Part shown: positions 30,756-40,264 of the stretch, in pieces
Position numbering within the stretch: position 1 is the first letter of the stretch
How the letters are laid out: each line of letters begins with the position of its first letter
DNA from: Candidatus Aminicenantes bacterium
Lineage (GTDB): Bacteria; Acidobacteriota; Aminicenantia; Aminicenantales; Saccharicenantaceae
Direction of reading: 5' to 3'
Length of the DNA: 64,000 bases
NCBI GenBank assembly: GCA_963742235.1
Contig: CAVULT010000002.1
Location: 1,201 to 65,200 of the forward strand
The notes under the pieces: model-generated
What the model saw: only the letters and a program-made list of their open reading frames with translations
Database searches by the model: none
Told to the model about the DNA's origin: nothing
Translations under genes and position numbers: made by a program

Positions 30756-31151
30756 TCAGCGCTGCCGGACGGACAGGCCCAGCTTTTCGAGAGACTTGAC
30801 GGCGGTCGGGAGCTTGGGATTCTTGACGAAGACGTGGTCCGTCGTGTAGGCGGAAAGGGTGAAGATGTTGACCCCGGCCTCGGCCAGGGCGCCGGAAACC
30901 GCGGCGAAGAACCCGACCAGGCTCAACGGCAGGACCATGTCGAACGTGATCATCCGCCAGTCGCCTTCGAAGCCCAGGAACTTCTGGGCGCCGAGCTTGG
31001 ACTCGTCGATGATGCAGGTCGTCTCGCGATCGTCTTTGATGACCGCCAGAGCGTTGGCCAGGGCCCGTTTCGTCTTGACGATGGCAAAGGTTTCGGGCGC
31101 GACGACGGCCCGGCCGTTCTTGAAGTACTTGCGCAAGTCGTTCCGTCTCAT
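30756..31151 (-). CDS. ACT domain-containing protein
   Basis: LVGFFAAVSGALAEAGVNIFTLSAYTTDHVFV pattern. Confidence 0.85.
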   Translation of the reverse strand: MRRNDLRKYFKNGRAVVAPETFAIVKTKRALANALAVIKDDRETTCIIDESKLGAQKFLGFEGDWRMITFDMVLPLSLVGFFAAVSGALAEAGVNIFTLSAYTTDHVFVKNPKLPTAVKSLEKLGLSVRQR

Positions 31152-32467
31152 GTCTTGCCCCCCCCGTGACCGGACTTACGCGCCCGCGCCCGCTCCAGCG
31201 CCCAGCCGGGCTTCTCGACCTGGCGGGCCCGGGCGATGGCCAGGGACCCGGCGGCCACATCGGCGGTGATGGTCGATCCGGCGGCGACGTAGGCGCCCCG
31301 CCCGACGACGACCGGGGCGACGAGCTCCGTCCCCGAACCGATGAAAGCCCCCGCGCCGATGCGGGTGGGGTTCTTGGCGATCCCGTCGTAGTTGCAGGTG
31401 ATGGTGCCCGCGCCGACATTGACGTCCTCTTCGACGGTGCTGTCGCCCACATAGCTCAAGTGCTGGGCCTTGGACCTCGGCCCGAACACGGTGTTCTTCA
31501 TCTCGACGAAGTTGCCGACCTTGGCCCCGGCGCAGACGCGCGTCCTCGGCCGGAAACGGGAGAAGGGACCGACCTGGACGTCGCTCTCGAGGATCGTGTC
31601 CTCCATGACCGTGGAGCTCAGGACCTTGACCCGGGCGCCGATCGTCGAGGACATGATATGGACATGGGGGAAGATGCGTCCGTCGGCCCCGATCCGCGTG
31701 GGGCCCTCGACGACGACGGAAGGATAGACGACCGTCCGGGGCCCGATCTCGGCGTCCCAATCGATCCAGGCCGAAGCGGGATCAAAGAAGACGACGCCGC
31801 GGCGGGCGAGCGCCTCGTTCTTGCGCCGCCGCAGCTCGCGGGCCGCCGGGCCGATCGCCAGGCTGTCGTCGACCGGAAGGAGCTCGCCGCCGTCCCGGCA
31901 CTCGGTGAATCCGACCTTCCGGCCGGCTTTCGTCAGCCGCAGAGCCAAGTCGCCGAATCCGGCCTTCGCCCGCGCCGGCGGAACGATCCGGAGAAGCGGA
32001 AAAACGGCCTCCGAGCGGAGCGCCAGGACCGGGGCCAGGCCGCTCTCTCCTCCCCCGCTCAGGAACGTGAGCGACCAGTCCTTGGCCCTGTGGGTCCGAA
32101 GAAGCGCTTTCAGGGTCCGGTCGCGAAGCAAGGGCCTGTCGGCCGGAACGACGAGGACGTCGCAATCCGGATATTTCCGGAGCAGCGCCCGGGCGGTGAC
32201 GAGAGCCGCGAGGATGCCCTCCCGACGGCGGCCCGCGCGTTTTCCGTCGACCAGCAAGAAGACGGGTGTCTTCGTCTCGACGGTCCTGATCAGACCTTCC
32301 CAATCCTCCCGGCCGGCCGCGTCCGGACCGGCCATGACCAGGACGGCGTCGGGCCCGATCCGCGTGGCGGCCTCGAGCGCGTAGGCGCCGAGCGGCCGGC
32401 CCAGGACCGGCTGGAAGACCGTCCGCCCTTCCCCCCCTAATAAAAGAACGACGGTGGAGCGTTTCAT
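31148..32467 (-). CDS. glmU: GlmU-like protein: intact acetyltransferase (hexapeptide) domain, eroded N-terminal uridyltransferase
   Basis: VGPF..FRP, VGNFVEMK, HLSYVGD, NVGAGTITCNYDG, FIGS; N-terminus lacks GTRMxSxxPK. Confidence 0.8.
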   Translation of the reverse strand: MKRSTVVLLLGGEGRTVFQPVLGRPLGAYALEAATRIGPDAVLVMAGPDAAGREDWEGLIRTVETKTPVFLLVDGKRAGRRREGILAALVTARALLRKYPDCDVLVVPADRPLLRDRTLKALLRTHRAKDWSLTFLSGGGESGLAPVLALRSEAVFPLLRIVPPARAKAGFGDLALRLTKAGRKVGFTECRDGGELLPVDDSLAIGPAARELRRRKNEALARRGVVFFDPASAWIDWDAEIGPRTVVYPSVVVEGPTRIGADGRIFPHVHIMSSTIGARVKVLSSTVMEDTILESDVQVGPFSRFRPRTRVCAGAKVGNFVEMKNTVFGPRSKAQHLSYVGDSTVEEDVNVGAGTITCNYDGIAKNPTRIGAGAFIGSGTELVAPVVVGRGAYVAAGSTITADVAAGSLAIARARQVEKPGWALERARARKSGHGGGKT

Positions 32468-32970
32468 ACGAGCTTGGTGATCAGCTTGAATCTCTTATCT
32501 TCCCAAAGGGCCTCGAAATCGGGCTCGTTCTGGGCCAGGACGGCGAAATTCTTGTCCTTCTGGACGGCCTTCTTGAGCAGGTCCAGCGCCTCGTCGACCT
32601 GTCCCGTCAGGCTGTGGACATCGGCCGACAGATAGTTGATGAGGCCCTCTTTTTCTTTGTATTCCAGGGCCTTCTCCAGGAGCTTGAGCGCCCCGGCATA
32701 GTCCTTCTGGTTGATCTTGGCGACGGCATAGCGGTAGTGGTCCTCGAATCCCTTGAGCGACACGGTGTCCTTCTTCGGCTTCTTTTGGGCGATCGAGAGA
32801 TAGGCCTTGGCCCGGTCCACGACCTCCCTGTCGGCGGGGAATTTCTCGATGAAGTCCTTGAACGACGCGGCGGCCTTCTCGAAATCGCCCTTCTGGAACT
32901 CCTTGACGGCCAGGCCGAAGGCCGCAAGAGCTTTCTGATACTCGTCCTTTTTCGTTCGTTGTTCGCGCAC
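32464..32970 (-). CDS. TPR repeat protein
   Basis: Helical TPR-like repeats; stop overlaps glmU start. Confidence 0.8.
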   Translation of the reverse strand: MREQRTKKDEYQKALAAFGLAVKEFQKGDFEKAAASFKDFIEKFPADREVVDRAKAYLSIAQKKPKKDTVSLKGFEDHYRYAVAKINQKDYAGALKLLEKALEYKEKEGLINYLSADVHSLTGQVDEALDLLKKAVQKDKNFAVLAQNEPDFEALWEDKRFKLITKLV

Positions 32971-33067
32971 GGCTTTTCCTCTCAGAGTACAGGTGGAATA
33001 GCCCTTATTTTACACGAGATGCCGTTTCTTGACAAGACGCGCGGCCAACCTCGACGGGGAGCAGCAG

Positions 33068-33152
33068 GGACATGTACCTCAGGTACGTGTCCCCTGATCC
33101 AGGCCGGGACGGGGAAGACGACCGGGCACACGTACAAAGAGTACATGTCCCC
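33068..33152. repeat. Pair of short GTAC-containing palindromes (REP-like)
   Basis: GGGACATGTACCT-C-AGGTACGTGTCCC and GGGCACACGTAC-AAAGA-GTACATGTCCC(C). Confidence 0.65.
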
Positions 33153-33179
33153 CTTGGAAGATATGGTAGAATGGCGGGG

Positions 33180-33923
33180 ATGAAACAGCGCCTGGAACAG
33201 ATCCTGGAGAAAGTCCGCTCCGGGAAGCTCACGACCGCCAAGGCCCTCGAAGCGCTCGAGGGCTTCCCCTATTGCGATCTCGATTTCGCCAAGGTCGACC
33301 ATCATCGCGAGGTCGCCAAGGGCACTCCGGAGATCGTCTTCGGCCTCGGCAAGACCCCGGCCCAGATCGGCCGTATCGCCCGGGAGATCCTCAAGAAAGG
33401 TTCGAATCTCCTCGTCACCCGGGTCGAGCCCGCGGTCTGGTCCAGGATCAGGGCCGGGCTGCCGGGCGCGGTCTACAACGAAGCGGCCCGGACGGTCAGC
33501 AAGGTCCGGACCAAGCCCCCCGATGGCCGGGGCGCCATTGTCGTCCTGACCGCGGGGACCTCGGACATCCCGGTCGCCGAGGAAGCGGCCGTCACCTCGG
33601 AGATCCTCGGGAACGCGACCGAGCGCATCTATGACGTCGGAGTGGCCGGACTCCATCGCCTGCTCGGCCAATATGACCGGATCCGTCAGGCCCGGGTCAT
33701 CATCACGGTCGCCGGCATGGAAGGCGCGCTGCCGAGCGTCGTCGCCGGCCTGGTCAAGGTTCCGGTCATCGCCGTGCCGACCAGCGTGGGATACGGGGCC
33801 AGCTTCAAGGGCCTGGCCGCCCTCCTGGCCATGCTCAATGCCTGTCCGGGCGGGGTGGGCGTGGTCAACATCGACAACGGGTTCGGGGCCGCCTTCCTGG
33901 CCAGTCAGATCAATCACCTTTAG
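33180..33923 (+). CDS. larB: Nickel-pincer cofactor biosynthesis protein LarB
   Basis: AGTSDIPVAEEA, DVGVAGLHRL, AGMEGALPS, PTSVGYG, VVNIDNGFGAA. Confidence 0.93.
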   Translation: MKQRLEQILEKVRSGKLTTAKALEALEGFPYCDLDFAKVDHHREVAKGTPEIVFGLGKTPAQIGRIAREILKKGSNLLVTRVEPAVWSRIRAGLPGAVYNEAARTVSKVRTKPPDGRGAIVVLTAGTSDIPVAEEAAVTSEILGNATERIYDVGVAGLHRLLGQYDRIRQARVIITVAGMEGALPSVVAGLVKVPVIAVPTSVGYGASFKGLAALLAMLNACPGGVGVVNIDNGFGAAFLASQINHL

Positions 33924-33972
33924 CGCAGACGAACGGGCGGCCGCCGTCCGAAAGAATAACGGATAGAGCACC

Positions 33973-34001
33973 TTGACAAGGCGCGGTGGCGTCCCTATAT
34001 T
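33973..34001 (+). promoter_or_regulatory. Sigma70 promoter of dnaG
   Basis: TTGACA-N17-TATATT. Confidence 0.65.
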
Positions 34002-34031
34002 CTATAAGAAAGCGCGGTTCCAAGACATTTC

Positions 34032-35756
34032 ATGGAGATCATTGACCAGGTCAGGCAGGCCTCGTCCATAGTCGAGATCGCCTCCCAGTACACGACCCTG
34101 AAGCGGCGGGGTCGAAAATGGGTGGGTCTCTGCCCTTTTCACACCGAAAAGACCCCTTCCTTCACCGTCGACGAGGAAAAGCAGCTTTACCATTGTTTCG
34201 GCTGCGGCGTCGGCGGGGACATTTTTTCGCTCCTCATGGAAAAGGAGAACCTGAGCTTCCCCGAAGCGCTCAAGAGCGTGGCCGAACGTTATCATGTCCC
34301 TCTGCCGGCCCAGCAGCGGGTCCGCCCCGAGGTCCTCAAGCTCGAGGAGAAGCTGTTCAAGATCAACGAGCTGGCCCTCGGCTATTTCCGGAAGAACCTC
34401 ACCGGCACGGCCGAAGGGAAGAAGGCCCTCGAATACCTGAAGAAGCGCGGCCTCTCGGATGAGACGATCCAGACGCTCAAGATCGGCTACGCCCTGAACG
34501 CCTGGACCGCCCTGATCGAGTTCTTCAAATCGAAAGAGGTCGCCGTCTCCCTCCTCGAGAAAGGCGGTCTCGCCCTGCCCGGCTCGCGGCCCGGCGAATA
34601 CCGCGATCGCTTCCGCGGCCGGGTCATCTTCCCGATCTTTAGTCTGACCGGACGGGTCGTCGCCTTCGGCGGCCGGACGATCGTCGGAGCCGAGCCGAAG
34701 TACCTGAATTCGCCGGAGACCCCGCTCTACTCGAAGGGCAAGCTCCTCTACGGACTGAACTTCACCAAGGACGCCATCCGGCAGGAGGGAACGGCCATCC
34801 TGGTCGAGGGCTACACCGATCTTTCGTCGCTCTACCAGGCCGGCATCACCAACGTCGTGGCTTCGCTCGGGACGGCCCTGACGCCCTGGCAGGTCGGGCA
34901 GGCCCAGCGTTTCGCCTCGCGCCTCGTCGTCAGCTACGATGGGGACAGCGCCGGGCGCGCGGCCGCGGCCAGAGCGGTGCCTCTCGGCCTCGAGAAGGGC
35001 CTCAACATCGACGTTCTCGTCCTGCCCGACGACCTCGACCCGGACGCCTACTTGAGGGAACACGGCCGCGACAAGTACCTCGCCCTGATGAAGAAGACCG
35101 TGCCCGGCCTCGATTTTTTCGTCGACTCGCTGGCCGCGGGCGCCCGCATGGCCATCCCCGAGGAGAAGGGCAAGGTGGCCCGGGCGGTCCTCAACGAGAT
35201 CATGAAGGTCCCGGACCCCACGGCCCAGAGCGAGTATCTGCACCGGGCCAGCGCTAAGCTCGGCGTCAGCGAGGAGTTCCTCCGCAAGATCGTCGAGAAC
35301 AAGGCCCCGGCCAAGGGCCCCGAAGAGCCGGGCCTCTTCTGCCCGGCCGAGAAGCGCCTGTTCCAGATCCTCATGGGCGACCCCTCCCTCGCGCCGTACG
35401 TCTTCGCCGAATGCGGCGAGGAGATCTTCAATGGGCTGCAGAGCGAGCCCATCTTCCAGTACATCCTGGAGTGTTTCAAGAATAACCTCAGCTGGAGCTT
35501 CCCCGGACTCCAGGGCAAGGTCACCCCGGCCCTGATGTCGCAGCTGGAGTGGGCCCTGTTCGAGAAGTCGTCGGGGGGATCGGTCGAGGAGGCCCAGGAG
35601 TGCCTGAGGTCCCTGCGCAAGGTCCACCTGCAGAACCGGCTGAAGGACATCCAGCAGAAGATCGCCCGGTCGGAGAAGAAGGGCGAGAAAGAGGAGCTCC
35701 TGGCCCTGCTCTACCAGAAACAGGACGTGACCAAGCAGATCCTGGCGCTCCCATGA
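34032..35756 (+). CDS. dnaG: DNA primase
   Basis: CPFH...CFGC zinc finger, DRFRGR, KYLNSPET, VEGYTD, YDGDSAG, DPD. Confidence 0.97.
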   Translation: MEIIDQVRQASSIVEIASQYTTLKRRGRKWVGLCPFHTEKTPSFTVDEEKQLYHCFGCGVGGDIFSLLMEKENLSFPEALKSVAERYHVPLPAQQRVRPEVLKLEEKLFKINELALGYFRKNLTGTAEGKKALEYLKKRGLSDETIQTLKIGYALNAWTALIEFFKSKEVAVSLLEKGGLALPGSRPGEYRDRFRGRVIFPIFSLTGRVVAFGGRTIVGAEPKYLNSPETPLYSKGKLLYGLNFTKDAIRQEGTAILVEGYTDLSSLYQAGITNVVASLGTALTPWQVGQAQRFASRLVVSYDGDSAGRAAAARAVPLGLEKGLNIDVLVLPDDLDPDAYLREHGRDKYLALMKKTVPGLDFFVDSLAAGARMAIPEEKGKVARAVLNEIMKVPDPTAQSEYLHRASAKLGVSEEFLRKIVENKAPAKGPEEPGLFCPAEKRLFQILMGDPSLAPYVFAECGEEIFNGLQSEPIFQYILECFKNNLSWSFPGLQGKVTPALMSQLEWALFEKSSGGSVEEAQECLRSLRKVHLQNRLKDIQQKIARSEKKGEKEELLALLYQKQDVTKQILALP

Positions 35757-35821
35757 GCGGGAAGAAAACGTCATGGCCGGGCGTCAACAAGGATCAAGCG
35801 GTCAGAAAAGAGGTGTGCCCC

Positions 35822-37437
35822 GTGTCACCGGAGAATAAGATCCACAAGGACGAGATCTCCCAGCTCATTTCGAAGGGCCGGAAGCAGGGCTTCCTGCTGT
35901 TCGAGGAGATCGACAAGACCTTCACCGAGGACCTCGACTCCGAGGAGGATTTCGACGATTTCCTGTCCTCGATGGGCGATTACGGCATCAAGATCCTCGA
36001 TTCGCGTCAGAAGGAGATGCTCCCCCAGCGCCGCAAGAGCGACCTCGTTTCGACCCACGGCCTGGAGCGGACGACCGACCCGGTCAAGCTCTACCTCCGC
36101 GAGATGGGCAACATCTCGCTCCTGACGCGCGAGGGCGAGATCAGCATCGCCCGCGAGATCGAGCGGGGCGAGAAGAGCATCATCAAGGCCCTCAGCCGGA
36201 CGCGGCTCGTCCTCAACCAGGTCCTGGCGCTCGAGGACCGGATCAAGGAGAACCCGTTCATCATCCAGGAGATGTTCGACGTCTCCGAGGAGGATATCGC
36301 CGAGGGCCGGCTCGAGGAGAAGAAGAAGCAGATCCTGGGCAAGGTCAAGCGGATCAGGGAGCTCAGCCGGAAGCTCGACCACATCCCGGAGAAGAAGAAG
36401 ACCCTGGTCAGCCGCGGCCGCATCATCGTCAGGATCAGCCGGACGATCCGCGACCTCAACCTCCGCTCGGCCCACCGCGAAAAGATCATCGACGAGCTGC
36501 GAAGCCGGCTCAAGGCGATCAACGACCTCGAGGACACGCGCGACGACCTGGCCGCGGCCCTGGCCAAGAAGAAAAAGAGGACCCCGCCCTCAAGCAGAAG
36601 GTCCGCGACGCCGGCAGGGAGCTGCGGAGGCAGACGACGGAGATCGGGCTCGACCCGGAATCCCTGCGGCGGGCGGTCCGGTCCATCACCGCCGGGAAGA
36701 AGGTCAGCGACCAGGCCAAGAAGGAGCTCGTCGCGGCCAACCTGCGGCTGGTCGTCTCCATCGCCAAAAAGTACAGCAACCGCGGCCTCCAGTTCCTGGA
36801 TCTCATCCAGGAAGGCAACATGGGCCTGATGAAGGCCGTGGAGAAGTTCGAGTACCGTCGCGGCTACAAGTTCTCGACCTACGCCACGTGGTGGATCCGC
36901 CAGGCCATCACCCGGGCCATCGCCGATCAGGCCCGGACGATCCGCATCCCCGTGCACATGATCGAGACGATCAACAAGCTCATCCGCGTCTCGCGGGCCC
37001 TCGTCCAGGAGATCGGCCGGGAGCCGTCGAGCGAGGAGATCGCCAAGAAGATGGACATGCCGGTCAGCAAGGTCCGCAAGATCATCAAGATCGCCCAGGA
37101 GCCCATTTCCCTCGAAACGCCCATCGGCGAGGAGGAGGACAGCCACCTCGGCGATTTCATCGAGGACAAGCTCATCCCCTCGCCGCCCGACACGGTCATC
37201 CACATCAACCTCAAGGAGCAGATCGAGGAGGCCCTCAAGTCGCTGACGGACAGGGAGGGCCGCGTCCTCAAGATGCGCTTCGGGCTCGGCGACGGCAACG
37301 AGCACACGCTCGAGGAGGTCGGCCAGCAGTTCAAGGTGACCCGTGAGCGCATCCGTCAGATCGAGGCCAAGGCCCTGCGCAAGCTCAAACACCCGAGCCG
37401 CAGCCGCAAGCTGAAATCCTTTACGAATAACCACTGA
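35822..37437 (+). CDS. rpoD: RNA polymerase sigma factor RpoD, apparent frameshift at the A run 36572-36576
   Basis: Region 1.2 [11 protein letters not shown] in the first frame; [25 protein letters not shown] and [10 protein letters not shown] in the -1 frame; adding one A restores a single ORF. Confidence 0.95.
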
Positions 37438-37493
37438 CGAAATGGGGACGCTTCTGTTTTTCGCCGCGAAAAACAGAAGCGTCCCCATTTCGT
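37437..37493. repeat. Perfect 57-bp palindrome (terminator/REP-like) after rpoD
   Basis: ACGAAATGGGGACGCTTCTGTTTTTCGC-C-GCGAAAAACAGAAGCGTCCCCATTTCGT. Confidence 0.85.
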
Positions 37494-37534
37494 AATTGAC
37501 GGTCGCTCAATATTTTGTTATAAAGATGGGCCGA

Positions 37535-37606
37535 GGGCCTATAGCTCAGTGGTAGAGCCACCGGCTCATAACCGGCAGGTCCCAGGTTCGAATCCTGGTA
37601 GGCCCA
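37535..37606 (+). tRNA. tRNA with CAT anticodon, probably tRNA-Ile2 (lysidine)
   Basis: GGGCCTA/TAGGCCC+A acceptor, CCGG-CTCATAA-CCGG anticodon arm, GGTTCGAATCC; paired G1-C72 argues against initiator tRNA; usual position after rpoD. Confidence 0.92.
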
Positions 37607-37636
37607 GGTGACCATGAGAACGAGGATGAACGGAAC

Positions 37637-38380
37637 GTGGATATCGACTTCGACCTGATCATCGAGCTCCAGCGTCTGGACACCGAGCTCCACGACGCGT
37701 CCCTCGTCCTCGAAGGCATCCCCCGTCTCGTCCAGGACGTCGACAAACGGATCCAGAGCACGACCAAGCTCGTCGCCGACGCCAAGGACAAGATGGGCCA
37801 GAACCAAAAAAGGCGCCGCGACCTCGAGAACGAGGTCAAGGACATGAAAGTCCAGATCGGGAAGTACAAGCGCCAGCTGAACGAGGTCAAGACCAACAAG
37901 GAATACACGTCCCTCCTCCACGAGATCGAGGAGACCCAGCACAAGGTCGATACGCTCGAGGAGGGGATCATCGCCGAGATGCTCGCCGCCGACGACGTCG
38001 AGGAGGAGATCAAGGCCGCCCTCCACAAGCAGAGCACGGAGGAGGACCTCCTCAAAAAGGAAAAACTCGTCCTTGACGAGAAGATGAAGGAAACCGGGGC
38101 CCTCTTCGCGGCGTTGACGAAGGAGCGCGAGGCCCTTGTCCCCCGCATCCCCCGCGAGCAGCTCAAGCTCTACGAGGCCATCTTCCAGAAGAAGGGCGGC
38201 ACCGCCCTGTCCCCGGTCACGGGGGACTTTTGCGCCATGTGCCATATGCGCGTCCGGCCGCAGATGCTCAACGAGCTGCGGGACCGGACAACGGTCATCC
38301 TCTGCGAGAACTGCGGGCGGATCCTCTACTGGACCGCCAAGCCCGAGCCCGTCAAGGCCGAACCCCCGGCCGAAGAGTGA
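37637..38380 (+). CDS. C4-type zinc ribbon domain coiled-coil protein (DUF164 family)
   Basis: Long coiled coil, NKEY, CAMC...CENCGRIL. Confidence 0.92.
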   Translation: MDIDFDLIIELQRLDTELHDASLVLEGIPRLVQDVDKRIQSTTKLVADAKDKMGQNQKRRRDLENEVKDMKVQIGKYKRQLNEVKTNKEYTSLLHEIEETQHKVDTLEEGIIAEMLAADDVEEEIKAALHKQSTEEDLLKKEKLVLDEKMKETGALFAALTKEREALVPRIPREQLKLYEAIFQKKGGTALSPVTGDFCAMCHMRVRPQMLNELRDRTTVILCENCGRILYWTAKPEPVKAEPPAEE

Positions 38381-38391
38381 GCTCCGCGGCC

Positions 38392-40209
38392 TCAGCCGCC
38401 GTTCCCCGCGTCATCGCGTCCGCTCTCGGCGTCTTCCCGGTACAGGGCGTCGATCGCCCCCTGATACTCGGCCGTGACGTTGGCCCGCCGGACCTTGAGG
38501 GAGGGCGTGATCTCGCCCTTCTCGATGTCGAAATCGCGCGGCAGGACGACGATCTTCTTGATGCGCTCGTAGGAGGCCAGGAGCGGCGTCGCCCGGTCGA
38601 CCTCCGCCTTGAGGAAATCGACGACCCGCCTGTCCCGGCAGAGCTCCTCGATCGAGGTGAAGGCGATCCCCTGGGCCTTGGCGTAGTCCTTGAGCTTGCC
38701 GTACTCGGGCACGACCAGCGCGGCCACGAAGCGCTGGCGGTCGCCGATGACCACCGCGTTGGCGATGTACGGGCTCGACTTGAGGAGATTCTCGATCGGC
38801 TGGGGGGCGATATTCTTCCCCCCCGAGGTGACGAGGAGGTCCTTCTTGCGGTCGGTGATGACGAGGTACCCGTCGGCGTCGAAATGGCCGATATCCCCGG
38901 TGTGAAACCAGCCGCCTTCCATGATCTCCCGCGTCTCGGCGTCCTTTTTATAATACCCCTTCATGACGTTGGGCCCGCGGGCCAGGATCTCGCCGTCCGG
39001 GGCGATCCTGATGTCGATGCCGGGGGCCGGTTTGCCGACGGTCCCCAGGCGGATGTTCTCGAAGGTGTTGACGGACAGCAGGGGCGACGTCTCGGTCAGG
39101 CCGTAGCCCTCCAGGATGACCAGACCCATGGCGTAGAAGAACTCGGCGATGTCCTTCGACAGGGGCGCGCCGCCGGAGACGAAGAAGCGGACGCGGCCGC
39201 CCGTCCGGGCGATGATCTTGGAGAAGACCAGCTTGGCCGCGATGGCCCGCCGGAACTGGAGGCCGCGCGGGACCGGCTTCCCGGCGAGCTTCAGCGCGCC
39301 GTACATCTTGCCGACGCCAAGGGCCCAGAAGAAGATCTTCCGCCGCAGGGCCGGGCTCGTCAGGACCTGGTCCATGACCTTGGTGTAGATCTTCTCGAAG
39401 ACCCGGGGCACGCTGACCATGATGTGCGGACGGACCTCGAGCAGGTTCTGGGCCACGGCCTCGACGCTCTCGGCGAAGGCCACCGTGCAGCCCTTGTAGA
39501 TATAGGTGAACATGACCATGCGCTCGAGGATATGGGACAACGGCAGGAAGGACAGGACGGTATCCTTGGAGGAGAATTCGATGATGTCCGAAGCCGTCTT
39601 GATATTGCTGAGGAGATTGTTGTGCGTCAGGACGACGCCCTTGGGGACGCCCGTCGTCCCGGACGTGTAGATCAGGGTGGCCTCGTCCTCGGCCTTGACC
39701 CGGGCGACCAGCGCATCGTAAAGGCCCGGCTCGGCTTCGGCCACGGCCCGGCCCCGCGTCATGACGTCCTTGATCGTCAGGACGCCGGCCGGCGCCTCGT
39801 CGGCGAAGGTGATGTAATGGCGGACTTTGGCCAGGCCGGCCCTCAACCGCTCGATCTTCCTCCATTGATCGGCCGTGGAAACGACCACGACCGTGGCGTC
39901 CGAATCGTCGATGATGTAGCGGACCTGCTCCGAGACGAGCGTCGTGTAGATGGGCACGGTCAGCCCGCCGCAGGAGAGCGTCGCGAAGTCGGCCGTCGTC
40001 CAGGCCGGCCTGTTCTCCGACAGGATGCACAGCTTCTGGCCGGGCCCGAAACCGAGGTCCCTGAGCCCGAGGGCGAGGTGCTTCACGCCGTCCCCGAACT
40101 CCGCCGCGGAGATGGGCCTGTACGCCCCGTCCGTCTTGAACAGCATGAAGTCCGGCTTGGGGTAGGCCGTCACCGAATGGGCCAACAGCTGCGGCAGGGT
40201 CGTGACCAT
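38392..40209 (-). CDS. Long-chain fatty acid-CoA ligase
   Basis: IYTSGTTGVPKG, FLPLSH, VSGGAPL, GYGLTE, FHTGDIG, DRKKD, SLKVRR. Confidence 0.93.
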   Translation of the reverse strand: MVTTLPQLLAHSVTAYPKPDFMLFKTDGAYRPISAAEFGDGVKHLALGLRDLGFGPGQKLCILSENRPAWTTADFATLSCGGLTVPIYTTLVSEQVRYIIDDSDATVVVVSTADQWRKIERLRAGLAKVRHYITFADEAPAGVLTIKDVMTRGRAVAEAEPGLYDALVARVKAEDEATLIYTSGTTGVPKGVVLTHNNLLSNIKTASDIIEFSSKDTVLSFLPLSHILERMVMFTYIYKGCTVAFAESVEAVAQNLLEVRPHIMVSVPRVFEKIYTKVMDQVLTSPALRRKIFFWALGVGKMYGALKLAGKPVPRGLQFRRAIAAKLVFSKIIARTGGRVRFFVSGGAPLSKDIAEFFYAMGLVILEGYGLTETSPLLSVNTFENIRLGTVGKPAPGIDIRIAPDGEILARGPNVMKGYYKKDAETREIMEGGWFHTGDIGHFDADGYLVITDRKKDLLVTSGGKNIAPQPIENLLKSSPYIANAVVIGDRQRFVAALVVPEYGKLKDYAKAQGIAFTSIEELCRDRRVVDFLKAEVDRATPLLASYERIKKIVVLPRDFDIEKGEITPSLKVRRANVTAEYQGAIDALYREDAESGRDDAGNGG

Positions 40210-40264
40210 GGGTCCTCTCTTCCGTTCCGAGCGGCCTGATTCTATTTTTTCCCCGCCGGGCGTG

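Noticed and set aside
33180-33923. larB without larC/larE/larA as an anomaly
   Set aside because: lar genes are commonly dispersed; absence from one window is uninformative
35822-37437. rpoD as a true pseudogene
   Set aside because: Essential gene in canonical dnaG context with all regions intact apart from one homopolymer indel
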